Of a stretch of DNA of 64,000 bases, positions 38,708 through 47,535 are shown piece by piece. Every line of letters starts with the position of its first letter. Within the stretch, counting starts at the first letter, position 1. The DNA comes from Xanthobacteraceae bacterium. GTDB lineage: Bacteria; Pseudomonadota; Alphaproteobacteria; Rhizobiales; Xanthobacteraceae. The notes beneath the pieces are model-generated. The model was given only the letters and a program-made list of their open reading frames with translations, was not told where the DNA came from and made no database searches. The stretch lies in contig JBARER010000351.1 in NCBI GenBank assembly GCA_049796395.1, forward strand, positions 898 to 64,897, written 5' to 3'. Both the position numbers and the translations under genes were made by a program.

Positions 38708-39744
38708 TTAGTGCCGCGGCCAAACGGTGTAAGGCGATAATGGCTCACGCCCCATTCCTCGCCACCGGCGTGACCGAACAATCCCATCGTCGCGAGAAAG
38801 AATAGCCGCCAGCGTCGGCGCCAGAGCCCGCCATCGCGGCCATAGACGCGTTTGAGAACCGCCTTCACTTCATCGGTATGATTGTCGAAGTTTTTCAGCC
38901 AATCTTCGGCGGTGCGGCGGTAATGCTCGCCATTCCATTGCCATTCCGCGTCGACCGTGAAGCAATCCGGAAATTGCCGGATCAATCCGTGGCTCGGCAT
39001 GATGCCGCCGGTAAAATAATGCTGCGCGATCCAGTCTTCCTTGTCTTCCGGGCGGAAGCGATACGATGCGTGCGCATTGCTGAAGACGTGAACGAACATA
39101 CGCCCATCGTGTTCCAGGCAATCGCGCATGCGTTGCAGAAGCGGCCGCCAATTGGACATATGCTCGAACATCTCGATCGAAACGACACGATCGAACTGGC
39201 CGGTGGGTAAAAACTCGTTCATGTCGGCGGTGATGACGTCGAGATTGGACAGTCCCCGCGAGTGCGCCACACACGCGATATAGTCGTGCTGCGACCGCGA
39301 ATTCGACACGGCGGTAATCTGAGCCGCCGGATAATGCTCCGCCATCCATAAAGACAAAGCACCCCAGCCGCAGCCGAGTTCAAGAATCCGTTGGCCGTCC
39401 GCGAGCGCGGCATGCGCCGCGGTCAGCTGCAAGGCCCGCTCTTCCGCCGCCGCCAGCGTGGCGATCCCCTCGTCGTAGTAGCAGCACGAGTATTTGCGCC
39501 GCGGTCCCAAGATCAGGGCGAAGAACTGCTCCGGTACCTCATAGTGCTGGGCGTTGGCTGCGGCGACATGGGTGGCGATAGGATAGGACGCCATGTCGGC
39601 GGCAAAACGCCGATCGGCGGAAGCCTCTTCGCCGCGAAGCCGCCCGCTCGTGCGCCCGACAAGCCAGTCGATCGTGGCCTGCGTCACTGTATCCGGCCAA
39701 GGCACGCGCTCGCCGACGCCAATCATCGATTGCAGAAATGTCAT
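38677..39744 (-). CDS. cyclopropane-fatty-acyl-phospholipid-synthase-family SAM-dependent methyltransferase (short paralogue)
   Basis: SAM motif ILELGCGWGALSLWMAE and CFA-synthase-family C-terminal region (SIEMFEHM...). ATG at 39744 overlaps the stop of the DUF1295 gene (ATGA). The 3' end overlaps the DUF2177 gene by 31 nt. Confidence 0.85.
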   Translation of the reverse strand: MTFLQSMIGVGERVPWPDTVTQATIDWLVGRTSGRLRGEEASADRRFAADMASYPIATHVAAANAQHYEVPEQFFALILGPRRKYSCCYYDEGIATLAAAEERALQLTAAHAALADGQRILELGCGWGALSLWMAEHYPAAQITAVSNSRSQHDYIACVAHSRGLSNLDVITADMNEFLPTGQFDRVVSIEMFEHMSNWRPLLQRMRDCLEHDGRMFVHVFSNAHASYRFRPEDKEDWIAQHYFTGGIMPSHGLIRQFPDCFTVDAEWQWNGEHYRRTAEDWLKNFDNHTDEVKAVLKRVYGRDGGLWRRRWRLFFLATMGLFGHAGGEEWGVSHYRLTPFGRGTNQGEKAWATR

Positions 39745-40574
39745 CTCCGCTCTCCTACCTTGGTCAGGCGCGGCGGCGCCGGAAAAAACGCATTGGTGCG
39801 CGCCCGATAAGCGCGAAATGCGCCGGGCCGCCGTATCAGCATGTGCGCTTCGAGCGGCGGGATGCCGGAGACATGCACCAGCAGCCAGTACATGCAAAGT
39901 GGGCCTCCCAGCGCAACGAATCCCCACGGATAGCCGCCACCGGGAGCGATGGCCAACAGCGGATAAGCGAGCCAGCCGAACCATTCGAAGAAGTAATTCG
40001 GATGCCGCGACCATGACCACAGTCCAGCGTCGCAAACCCGATCGCGATTGTCCGGGTCGGCGCGAAAGCGCCGCAGCTCGAAATCGGCGAGGCCTTCGCC
40101 GCCGATGCCGATCATCAGAACGACGACGCCGAGGAAATCCTGAACGCCTAGGCCCGGCGATGGATTAAACGCAGCGAGTATCATCGCCAGCGCCAGCGGA
40201 ATGCTGACCAATGCCTGTTTCTGCAACAGCCAGAACATTTGCCGCGACGCATCGTCCCCCCAGTCGCGAATGAGCTTGGCGTAGCGCGGATCATCGGTAA
40301 TGCCGGCCGTGCGCAGCGCGATATGAACGCCAAGCCGCAGCGACCAGATCGCGATCAACGAAGCCACCAGCGCCTGACGCTCGGTTATGCCGCCGAATAG
40401 CAGCCAAGGGGTCAGCGCACCGCCACAGCCGACAACGCCGAGACCGAAAGTCCAGATCGTATCGACCCATCCGGAGTTTCGCGTGCTGCGCCAAACCAGC
40501 CAGGCTCCGAACATGATTACCGAAAGCGCCGCGCTGACGGCAACAAAGACGGTTCCGAATTGCTGCGCCGTCAT
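39741..40574 (-). CDS. DUF1295-family membrane protein (steroid-5-alpha-reductase/ICMT-like fold)
   Basis: 277 aa polytopic protein with the signature GLWSWSRHPNYFFEWFGW. There are 4-nt overlaps with both neighbours. Confidence 0.8.
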   Translation of the reverse strand: MTAQQFGTVFVAVSAALSVIMFGAWLVWRSTRNSGWVDTIWTFGLGVVGCGGALTPWLLFGGITERQALVASLIAIWSLRLGVHIALRTAGITDDPRYAKLIRDWGDDASRQMFWLLQKQALVSIPLALAMILAAFNPSPGLGVQDFLGVVVLMIGIGGEGLADFELRRFRADPDNRDRVCDAGLWSWSRHPNYFFEWFGWLAYPLLAIAPGGGYPWGFVALGGPLCMYWLLVHVSGIPPLEAHMLIRRPGAFRAYRARTNAFFPAPPRLTKVGERR

Positions 40575-41512
40575 GGCTTAGCGGCCGCAGGTTCGGCCCG
40601 GGTACGGAGCGTTCCGACCATGAACCGGTCGGCGTCGCGTAATGCCGGCGCAAGGAAGCGCAGCGGGTCGGCGAACGATCCAATGATGGTGAGGTGGCCG
40701 ACACGCGGATAGGTCGCGACCTCCGCTCGGTCCCCAGAGGTGCGCAGGCGCGCCGCCAAGCGCGTGGCATTGCCTGGGTCTACCACATTGTCGTTGGCGC
40801 CCGTCAGCAGCAATGCCGGCGGCGCTCCGGGCGAGACATAAGAGATCGGCTGGGTCGTCGGCCGATCGGCACCGCCGAATATCGTCTGCAGCGTCGGATC
40901 GCGCAACGGCAGGAAATCGTACGGCCCGGAAATCCCGACCAGACCGGCGAGATCGCGGTCCGGCGCGAGGCCGACCTCCCCCAGCCAGCGCGGGTCGAGC
41001 GCGAGCATCGCTGCGATATAAGCGCCCGCCGAATGCCCCATGACAAAAAGCTCGCTGGGATTGCCGCCATAACGTGCTGCGTTGTCGCGGGCCCAGCGCA
41101 CCGCATGTGCGCCGTCCTCGAGAAAGGCGGGATAGCGAACCTCGGGGTAGAGCCGGTAATCTGGGACGACGGTCAGATAACCGCGCCGCGCCAATGCGGT
41201 GCCGAGAAACGTGTAGAGCGCCTTATCGCCGGTCTGCCACGAGCCGCCATAAAAGAAGACGACGACAGGCGCGTCAGTGGCGCCGGCGGGCCGATAGACG
41301 TCGAGCGTTCGCCGGGGTCCGTCCCCGTAAGCGACCGAGCGCGTGATCTCAACACCGGAGGTGGAGACTAAAAAGTTCAAGACCGAGGCGGGAGAGCACC
41401 CGGTAAGAAGCAAGCTCGCCAACACGCCGGCGGCCCATGGCGGGCCACGCCGGCCGCCGCGCGGTTTGGCGCTCGAGGCGGCGCCGGCCCGACACTCGCA
41501 AGCGCGACTCAT
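40571..41512 (-). CDS. alpha/beta-hydrolase (esterase/lipase-type) lipoprotein
   Basis: Signal plus lipobox (LASLLLTGCSP), oxyanion-type FFYGGSW, and nucleophile elbow GHSAGA. It starts 9 nt downstream of the chrR stop. Confidence 0.85.
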   Translation of the reverse strand: MSRACECRAGAASSAKPRGGRRGPPWAAGVLASLLLTGCSPASVLNFLVSTSGVEITRSVAYGDGPRRTLDVYRPAGATDAPVVVFFYGGSWQTGDKALYTFLGTALARRGYLTVVPDYRLYPEVRYPAFLEDGAHAVRWARDNAARYGGNPSELFVMGHSAGAYIAAMLALDPRWLGEVGLAPDRDLAGLVGISGPYDFLPLRDPTLQTIFGGADRPTTQPISYVSPGAPPALLLTGANDNVVDPGNATRLAARLRTSGDRAEVATYPRVGHLTIIGSFADPLRFLAPALRDADRFMVGTLRTRAEPAAAKP

Positions 41513-41521
41513 CGCGGCCGC

Positions 41522-42166
41522 TCAGAGACGGATGAAGGGTTGCAGCAGCCGGCCGACCCAGCTCTGCAGCTCGATATTGCCCTGCAACGCCACCAGGCAG
41601 ACGCAAGCCGCGCCGTCCTCGACGACCGGATTATGCTCGACCTGCTCGTCGGCTTCGTCGAAATCGCCGGCGCCGAAGCGGCCAAAATCGTGTCGGAAGG
41701 CACCCTCGAACACGCAGGTCCATTCCGTTCCGCTATGCCGGTGGCGCGGCAAACGCGTTCCAGCCGCAGCCTTCAACATGAAAACGCGGACGCCATCGTC
41801 CGAGGCGACGTCGATCGAACGCCACTGCACATTACGGCCGATCCAGCGCCATGAACCCAAAGCGTAAGCCGCCAGCGGCGCCGGCAGCGCGCCGGCTTCC
41901 GCAGGTTGCGGATGTAGCGACACCGGGACACTTTGGCCGGCCGTGGTCAGTTGCGCCATGGCGCGCTCCAGCGCGCCGGCGGACATCTCCGCGCGCGCAG
42001 CCGTCTCGAGCAGGACGCCGCCGACATGTTCGAACGACAACATCGCCTCCCGGCAATGCGGGCACAGCGACAGGTGCGCGGCAACCACGACCGCACGCCC
42101 CTCATCGAGCGTGCCGGAGGCGAACGCCGCCAATGTCAGATCGCTTGGATGATGCGTGATGCTCAT
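41522..42166 (-). CDS. chrR: ChrR-family anti-sigma-E factor (ZAS N-domain plus cupin C-domain)
   Basis: Zinc anti-sigma motif H-x3-C-x2-C (HLSLCPHC) and C-terminal cupin metal ligands (RHRHSGTEWT...VEHNP). The start overlaps the sigma gene stop (ATGA). Confidence 0.9.
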   Translation of the reverse strand: MSITHHPSDLTLAAFASGTLDEGRAVVVAAHLSLCPHCREAMLSFEHVGGVLLETAARAEMSAGALERAMAQLTTAGQSVPVSLHPQPAEAGALPAPLAAYALGSWRWIGRNVQWRSIDVASDDGVRVFMLKAAAGTRLPRHRHSGTEWTCVFEGAFRHDFGRFGAGDFDEADEQVEHNPVVEDGAACVCLVALQGNIELQSWVGRLLQPFIRL

Positions 42167-42732
42167 GTCGGCTCACCCAGGAGATTGTTCAAACGCGTCA
42201 TCGCCAAACGCAGCCGCGACTTGACTGTGCCCAGCGGCAGATCGAGAAGCTTGGCAATGTCGCCGTGGGCGCGGCCCTCGAAGAAGGAAAGCTGGACCAC
42301 ACGGACTTGTTCCTCGGGCAGTTCGCGAAGTGCGTCGCGTAGCCGCTGATCGCGCTCCGCAACGTCGAGCGAAGCGTCGGGCCGCTCGGGCGCGTCGGCT
42401 TCGATAGCCTCATAAAGCGAAAACAGCTTTGCCCGCCGATCTCTCCGCAAGCGGTCCACCCGCAGGTTACGGGCGATCGTGTAGATCCAGGCCGCCGGGC
42501 TGGCGCGCGTCCGATCGAATTGCCCGGCCTTTCGCCACACCATCAGCATCGTATCCTGCGCAATGTCCTCGGCCACCTCAGCCGCAGCGCCGCGCCGCAT
42601 CAGCATAGCTTTGATGCGGCCGGCATAACATTCGAACAGCGCAGCGAAGGCCGCGCGGTCCCCTTCGGCCGCGATCGCGCCGATCCATCGAGCCGGATCG
42701 GAACCCAAAGCGCCATTACCTTCATCGTGCAT
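42163..42732 (-). CDS. rpoE: ECF RNA polymerase sigma factor, RpoE (ChrR-regulated) type
   Basis: From MHDEGNG... the protein parallels R. sphaeroides RpoE as I remember it (DRAAFAALF..., QDTMLMVWRKAGQFD..RASPAAWIYTIARN, LPLGTVKSRLRLA). The longer ORF-track N-terminus (to 42900) would run across its own promoter-like motif. Confidence 0.9.
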   Translation of the reverse strand: MHDEGNGALGSDPARWIGAIAAEGDRAAFAALFECYAGRIKAMLMRRGAAAEVAEDIAQDTMLMVWRKAGQFDRTRASPAAWIYTIARNLRVDRLRRDRRAKLFSLYEAIEADAPERPDASLDVAERDQRLRDALRELPEEQVRVVQLSFFEGRAHGDIAKLLDLPLGTVKSRLRLAMTRLNNLLGEPT

Positions 42733-42842
42733 GCGCGCTCCATGCCACAGCCAATCCTGCCGGACGTAAAGCGGCCTGCAGTCGGCCTGTACCGGCGGCA
42801 ACGCAGGCTGCCATTGCCTTGTAATCGCGACTTGCATGCCCG

Positions 42843-42872
42843 GGGATACGACCGGCGGCAGCATTTGGATCA
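42843..42872 (-). promoter_or_regulatory. candidate autoregulated RpoE-type promoter for rpoE-chrR-hydrolase-DUF1295-methylase
   Basis: The minus strand reads TGATCC (42872-42867), then 18 nt, then TATCCC. Confidence 0.5.
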
Positions 42873-42886
42873 GGCCGAATTGGCGG

Positions 42887-42916
42887 TGATCCAAGCCCAA
42901 AAATCAATCGTAACTT
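42887..42916 (+). promoter_or_regulatory. candidate RpoE-type promoter for the FAD-oxidoreductase/DUF1365/methylase operon
   Basis: TGATCC (42887-42892), then 18 nt, then TAACTT, 59 nt upstream of the ATG at 42975. It lies back-to-back with the minus-strand copy, inside the inverted repeat TTGGATCA-N14-TGATCCAA (42865-42894). Confidence 0.55.
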
Positions 42917-42974
42917 CCTCGCCATGCAAAAAGCGGCCGATTTGACGCGGCGGTCTTTCAGGTGAAACGGACGA

Positions 42975-44330
42975 ATGATGCAGCGCAACGCTGTCCGGAG
43001 AAAGAATATTGCGGTCATCGGCACCGGCATTTCCGGGATGGCGGCGGCGTGGCTCCTGAGCCACGCCCACGACGTCACCGTATACGAGAGCGATCGCCGT
43101 GTGGGCGGACATTCCAACACTGTTAACGTTGCAACGGCAAACGGACCGATTGCCGTCGATACGGGGTTTATCGTTTATAACGAACTGACCTATCCCAACC
43201 TGACCGCCTTATTCGATCACCTCGGCGTACCGACACAACTGTCCGACATGTCGCTCGCAGTCTCTCTAGCCGGTGGCGAGCTCGAATATTCCGGCAGCCT
43301 GTCCGGTCTGTTTGCCGACAAGCGCAATCTGCTGCGGCCGCGATTCTGGTCGATGCTGCGTGACCTGCAACGCTTCTATCGCGAGGCGCCTCGCGACCTG
43401 GCGATGCTCGAACAGACGCACATCACGCTCGGCGAGTATCTTGAGGCCGGCGCTTACGGCATAGCCTTTCGCGACGATCATCTGCTGCCGATGGCGGCCG
43501 CAATCTGGTCGGCGCCAGCAACCAAGATCCTTAGCTACCCCGCGGCGTCCTTCATCCGCTTTCAAGACAGCCACGGTCTGCTCAAGCTGAGCAATCGGCC
43601 GCCCTGGCGAACCGTTCTTGGCGGCAGCCGCGCCTATGTCGAGCGCCTGACGGAATCCTTCGCGGATCGCATCCGCCGTGCGACGGCCGTCACCGCCGCG
43701 CGCCGAAGCGACGGCAAAGTCAAAGTCCGCGACAGCTCCGGGGCAATCGAGACGTTCGATCACGCGATCATTGCCAGCCACGCCGATCAAGCCTTGGCGA
43801 TGCTGGACGATCCGACAGCTGAGGAAAAGCGGCTGCTTGGGGCCTTCCACTACTGCAGTAATGTCGCGGTGCTGCATTCCGATGCGACTTTGATGCCAAA
43901 ACGACGCGCGGTGTGGTCAAGCTGGAACTATATCGGCGGCCGCGACGATGGCGATCGATGCGCAACCGTCACCTACTGGATGAACTCCTTGCAGCGCATT
44001 CCGCGGGACACGCCCCTGTTCGTCACGCTCAATCCGCCGCGTGCGCCACGCGCGGAGCACTACCGTGAGACTTATCACCACCCACTATTCGATACCGCGG
44101 CGATTTCGGCGCAGCGGCAGCTATGGTCGCTGCAGGGGGTACGCAATACCTGGTTCTGCGGGGCCTATTTCGGCGCCGGCTTTCATGAAGACGGACTGCA
44201 GGCCGGACTTGCCGTCGCCGAAGCGATCGGCGGCTGCCGCCGGCCATGGACCGTGGCGAACGAATCTGGGCGCATTGCCATCGGCCCCCTGCCCGCGTCG
44301 CAATTGCCGCAAACGGAGCTCGCGGCATGA
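42975..44330 (+). CDS. NAD(P)/FAD-dependent oxidoreductase (amine-oxidase-like, COG2907 type; UfaD-like candidate)
   Basis: Dinucleotide-binding motif IAVIGTGISGMAAAWLL...VTVYE...RVGGH. 451 aa. Confidence 0.85.
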   Translation: MMQRNAVRRKNIAVIGTGISGMAAAWLLSHAHDVTVYESDRRVGGHSNTVNVATANGPIAVDTGFIVYNELTYPNLTALFDHLGVPTQLSDMSLAVSLAGGELEYSGSLSGLFADKRNLLRPRFWSMLRDLQRFYREAPRDLAMLEQTHITLGEYLEAGAYGIAFRDDHLLPMAAAIWSAPATKILSYPAASFIRFQDSHGLLKLSNRPPWRTVLGGSRAYVERLTESFADRIRRATAVTAARRSDGKVKVRDSSGAIETFDHAIIASHADQALAMLDDPTAEEKRLLGAFHYCSNVAVLHSDATLMPKRRAVWSSWNYIGGRDDGDRCATVTYWMNSLQRIPRDTPLFVTLNPPRAPRAEHYRETYHHPLFDTAAISAQRQLWSLQGVRNTWFCGAYFGAGFHEDGLQAGLAVAEAIGGCRRPWTVANESGRIAIGPLPASQLPQTELAA

Positions 44331-45118
44331 GCCATCTTCGCTCTACGTTATACGTTGGATCGGTGATCCACCGGCGGCTGAAGCCACACCCGCATCGCCT
44401 GCGTTACCGGGTATTTTGGCTGCTGCTCGACCTCGACGAAATCGATCGCTTGAGCAAAAGCCTGCGGCTGTTTTCGCATAACCGCTTCAATGCCGTCAGC
44501 TTCCATGACGCCGATCATGGCGACGAGAGCGGCCGCCCGTTGCGCGACCAGGTCGAGCAGCATCTTATCCAAGCCGGTATCGGCTGGAGCGGCGGTACCA
44601 TCCGGCTCCTCTGCATGCCGCGGATTTTCGGTTGCGGCTTCAACCCGCTGAGCGTCTACTTCTGCCATCACCGCGGCGGCGAGTTCGCAGCCGTGCTCTA
44701 CGAGGTCCACAATACATTCGGCGAACGCCACAGCTATCTGATACCCGCCGGGGAAAACCCGGGCACGGTCATCGAGCAGCAATGCCGGAAGGTATTTTAC
44801 GTCTCGCCGTTCATGGACATGGACCTGACATATGAGTTCCGCACCGCCGTCCCGGATGAGCGCGTGTCGGTGGCGATCAGAGCGGCGGCGGCGGACGGCG
44901 TAATGCTCGCTGCGGCACTATCGGGACGACGCCGGGACATTTCGGACTTAAACCTGCTGAGCCTCCTCATCACTCATCCGCTGCTGACGCTGAAGGTCAT
45001 AACCGCAATTCATTGGAATGCGTTGCGTATGCTGTTGAAAGGCTACCGACTGCGCCCCCGGCCAACTCCTCCGACGCTGCCGGTCACCAGCGTGCGCGTC
45101 GGAGGCCGATCGCCATGA
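44327..45118 (+). CDS. DUF1365-family protein (UfaO-like candidate)
   Basis: LYVGSVIHRRLKPHPHRLRYRVFWLLLDLDEID is the DUF1365 N-terminal signature. ATGA overlaps with both neighbours. Confidence 0.85.
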   Translation: MSHLRSTLYVGSVIHRRLKPHPHRLRYRVFWLLLDLDEIDRLSKSLRLFSHNRFNAVSFHDADHGDESGRPLRDQVEQHLIQAGIGWSGGTIRLLCMPRIFGCGFNPLSVYFCHHRGGEFAAVLYEVHNTFGERHSYLIPAGENPGTVIEQQCRKVFYVSPFMDMDLTYEFRTAVPDERVSVAIRAAAADGVMLAAALSGRRRDISDLNLLSLLITHPLLTLKVITAIHWNALRMLLKGYRLRPRPTPPTLPVTSVRVGGRSP

Positions 45119-46341
45119 GTTTTTCCAATCCATCCTATCCATCGCACGACGGCGCCGGACAAGCGCGGCAGCGGCCGAGCATGCTCGGCCGGCTGCTCGA
45201 CCGATCTCTGCCGCGCTTGCAAACCGGACGACTCGATATCGCCTTGCCGAACATGGACATTATCGCACGCCGCGGCGAGCGCCTCGGACCGGAAGCGACA
45301 ATGGCGATGCGGCGTTGGCGCGCGCTGTGGCGCTTATTGTCCGAGGGCGAGGACGGCTTCTGCAACGGCTATATCGACGGCGACTGGACAACGTCCGACC
45401 TGGTGAAGCTTCTCGACCTCGGCATGGACAACGAAACAGCCCTCGATCCGCATACCAGGAAATGGCTGCTCAGCTTCCTGCGTAACCGTATCGGCCACAC
45501 GCTTCGCGCCAATACGCGAAACGGCAGCCGGCGCAACATCGCCGCGCATTACGATCTCGGCAACGATTTCTTCCGGCCGTGGCTCGATGCCGGCATGAAT
45601 TACTCTGCGGCGCTCTATCTTGGCGACGAGGCGCTCGAGCGCGCGCAAGAGCAAAAACTCGATCGGATCGGAGAGCTTCTGCAACTGCGGGGCGGCGAGA
45701 CCATATTGGAGATCGGCTGCGGCTGGGGGGCGTTGGCCGAACGGCTGATCCGGCATCATGGTGCGTCGGTGCGCGGCATAACACTATCCACCGAGCAATT
45801 GCGCTATGCCACGACGCGCTTAACCGCCGAAATTCACGACGGCCGCGCCGAAATGCGGCTGCAGGACTATCGCGACGTCACCGACCGCTTCGATCGCATC
45901 GCTTCGATCGAAATGGTCGAGGCGGTCGGCGAGCGTTATTGGCCGGTTTATTTCGCAAAACTCCGCGCCTGCCTCGCCGCCGGTGGCGTTGCGCTCCTGC
46001 AAGCCATCACCATCGATGACGCACGTTTCGCGCAATACCGCAAGCGGCCCGATTTCATCCAGCGCCGCATTTTCCCCGGCGGCATGCTGCCGACGCGCGC
46101 AATCCTCGAGCGCGAAGCGGCCCGGGCCGGGCTGAAGCTCACGTATCACCAATCGTTCGGCGACAGCTACGAGCGGACCTTGCACGAATGGCGCCGCCGC
46201 TTCTTGCAGGCGCGGCCGAAGCTCGAAGCCTTGGGACTAGATGCACGTTTTCAGCGGTTGTGGGACTATTATCTGGCCTATTGCGAAGTCGGCTTTCGTC
46301 ACCGCGTCGTCGATGTCGGGTTCTTTCAGTTTCGCGGCTGA
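45115..46341 (+). CDS. cyclopropane-fatty-acyl-phospholipid-synthase-family SAM-dependent methyltransferase (long paralogue)
   Basis: SAM motif ILEIGCGWGALAERL plus SIEMVEAVGERYW. 408 aa. It is translationally coupled to the DUF1365 gene. Confidence 0.88.
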   Translation: MSFSNPSYPSHDGAGQARQRPSMLGRLLDRSLPRLQTGRLDIALPNMDIIARRGERLGPEATMAMRRWRALWRLLSEGEDGFCNGYIDGDWTTSDLVKLLDLGMDNETALDPHTRKWLLSFLRNRIGHTLRANTRNGSRRNIAAHYDLGNDFFRPWLDAGMNYSAALYLGDEALERAQEQKLDRIGELLQLRGGETILEIGCGWGALAERLIRHHGASVRGITLSTEQLRYATTRLTAEIHDGRAEMRLQDYRDVTDRFDRIASIEMVEAVGERYWPVYFAKLRACLAAGGVALLQAITIDDARFAQYRKRPDFIQRRIFPGGMLPTRAILEREAARAGLKLTYHQSFGDSYERTLHEWRRRFLQARPKLEALGLDARFQRLWDYYLAYCEVGFRHRVVDVGFFQFRG

Positions 46342-46499
46342 GTAGCGAAAACGCGCGCTGGTGACAAATCGTCTCCCGCCGGGGTATGTCCCTTGGCAAG
46401 TCCTGCGCCTTCATTATAGTCGACGCCGCAAGCGCGCGGGCAGCAAACAGGAAACTTGCGGCCGAAAGACGCGTTGGGGTCGAACAAAGGGATGGGACA

Positions 46500-47522
46500 A
46501 TGTCTGGACATACGAAAGCAGTCTGGGCCGGCAGAGGCCTGAGGCTTGCTGCGGCCGGGCTCGGTTTCTTCGCCCTGGCCATTCCGGCGAACGCCGCCGA
46601 CTTCATCTTGAAGTTTGGCACCGCGACAATGAACGAAACGCAGCATCAGTTCATCAAATTCTACAAGGAAGAAGTCGAGAAGGATTCCGGCGGCCGCATC
46701 GAGGTGCAGGTCTACCCTGCGAGTCAGTTGGGGCCGATCCCGTCCGAAATTCAGGGCGTCCAGCTCGGCACCGTGCAGGGCTATATCGGTCCCGTCGACT
46801 TCTTCGTCGGTGTCGATCCCCGTTTCGGCGTGTTCTCGGCGCCGATGCTGTTCAAGAGCAACGAGAACGCCATCGCTACAGTTCAAGACGCGGCGATCCA
46901 GAAGGCGATGTTCGACATGGCCGCGCCGAAGCGCATGGTCGGCATCGCCACTATGAATATTGGCGCGTCCGACTACGGCGCCAAAAAGGGCATCATGTGG
47001 CTGTCGGATTTCCAGGGCAAAAAACTGCGTATCAACGGCACCGAGCTCGAGCGCGAGAAGATGGCGAAGCTCGGCGCCACCGGCATCGGTATGCCGCTGT
47101 CGGACGTCGTGCCCGCGCTTGATCAAGGCACGATCGACGGCACTATTTCCGGCCTGTCGGTGTTCGTCGCCTTCAAGATGAACGATTTGCTCAAGGTAAT
47201 CACCGTCACCAACGACACCTACATCATCTCCCTCGCCGTGATCAGCAAACCCTGGTTTGACACCCTGCCACCGGATTTGCAGAAGATCGTGATCGACGAC
47301 GGCGCCAAGGTGCAAGCCAAGACGCAAGCGTGGAACGTCAACTTCACCAAAAACCTGGTCGACACCTGGACCAAGCTCGGCGGCACCGTGCATACGCTGC
47401 CGGCCGACGACCTCGCCAAGCTGAAGACGCTGCTCGATCCGGTCGCCGACCAGGCGACCAAGGATCAGCCCGCGGTGCATGACATGCTGCAAATGGTGCG
47501 CGCGGCCGTCGCCAGACACTGA
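46500..47522 (+). CDS. TRAP transporter substrate-binding protein (DctP family)
   Basis: Signal peptide ending ANA-ADF, then a DctP-family pattern (LKFGTAT..., QLGPIPSEIQGVQLGTV). ATG at 46500 with an AAAGGGA SD-like sequence. Confidence 0.88.
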   Translation: MSGHTKAVWAGRGLRLAAAGLGFFALAIPANAADFILKFGTATMNETQHQFIKFYKEEVEKDSGGRIEVQVYPASQLGPIPSEIQGVQLGTVQGYIGPVDFFVGVDPRFGVFSAPMLFKSNENAIATVQDAAIQKAMFDMAAPKRMVGIATMNIGASDYGAKKGIMWLSDFQGKKLRINGTELEREKMAKLGATGIGMPLSDVVPALDQGTIDGTISGLSVFVAFKMNDLLKVITVTNDTYIISLAVISKPWFDTLPPDLQKIVIDDGAKVQAKTQAWNVNFTKNLVDTWTKLGGTVHTLPADDLAKLKTLLDPVADQATKDQPAVHDMLQMVRAAVARH

Positions 47523-47535
47523 AGCTTCTTCCGTT

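Noticed and set aside
38677-40035. Long N-terminal extensions in the ORF track (38677-40035, 42163-42900, 25917-26630, 4924-5913, 44246-45118, 45013-46341, 35291-36649, 46386-47522)
   Set aside because: The extra N-terminal residues are Arg/Ala-rich and overlap upstream genes or predicted promoters. Internal Met codons give homologue-like N-termini, signal peptides, SD sequences or ATGA coupling, so the shorter starts were used.
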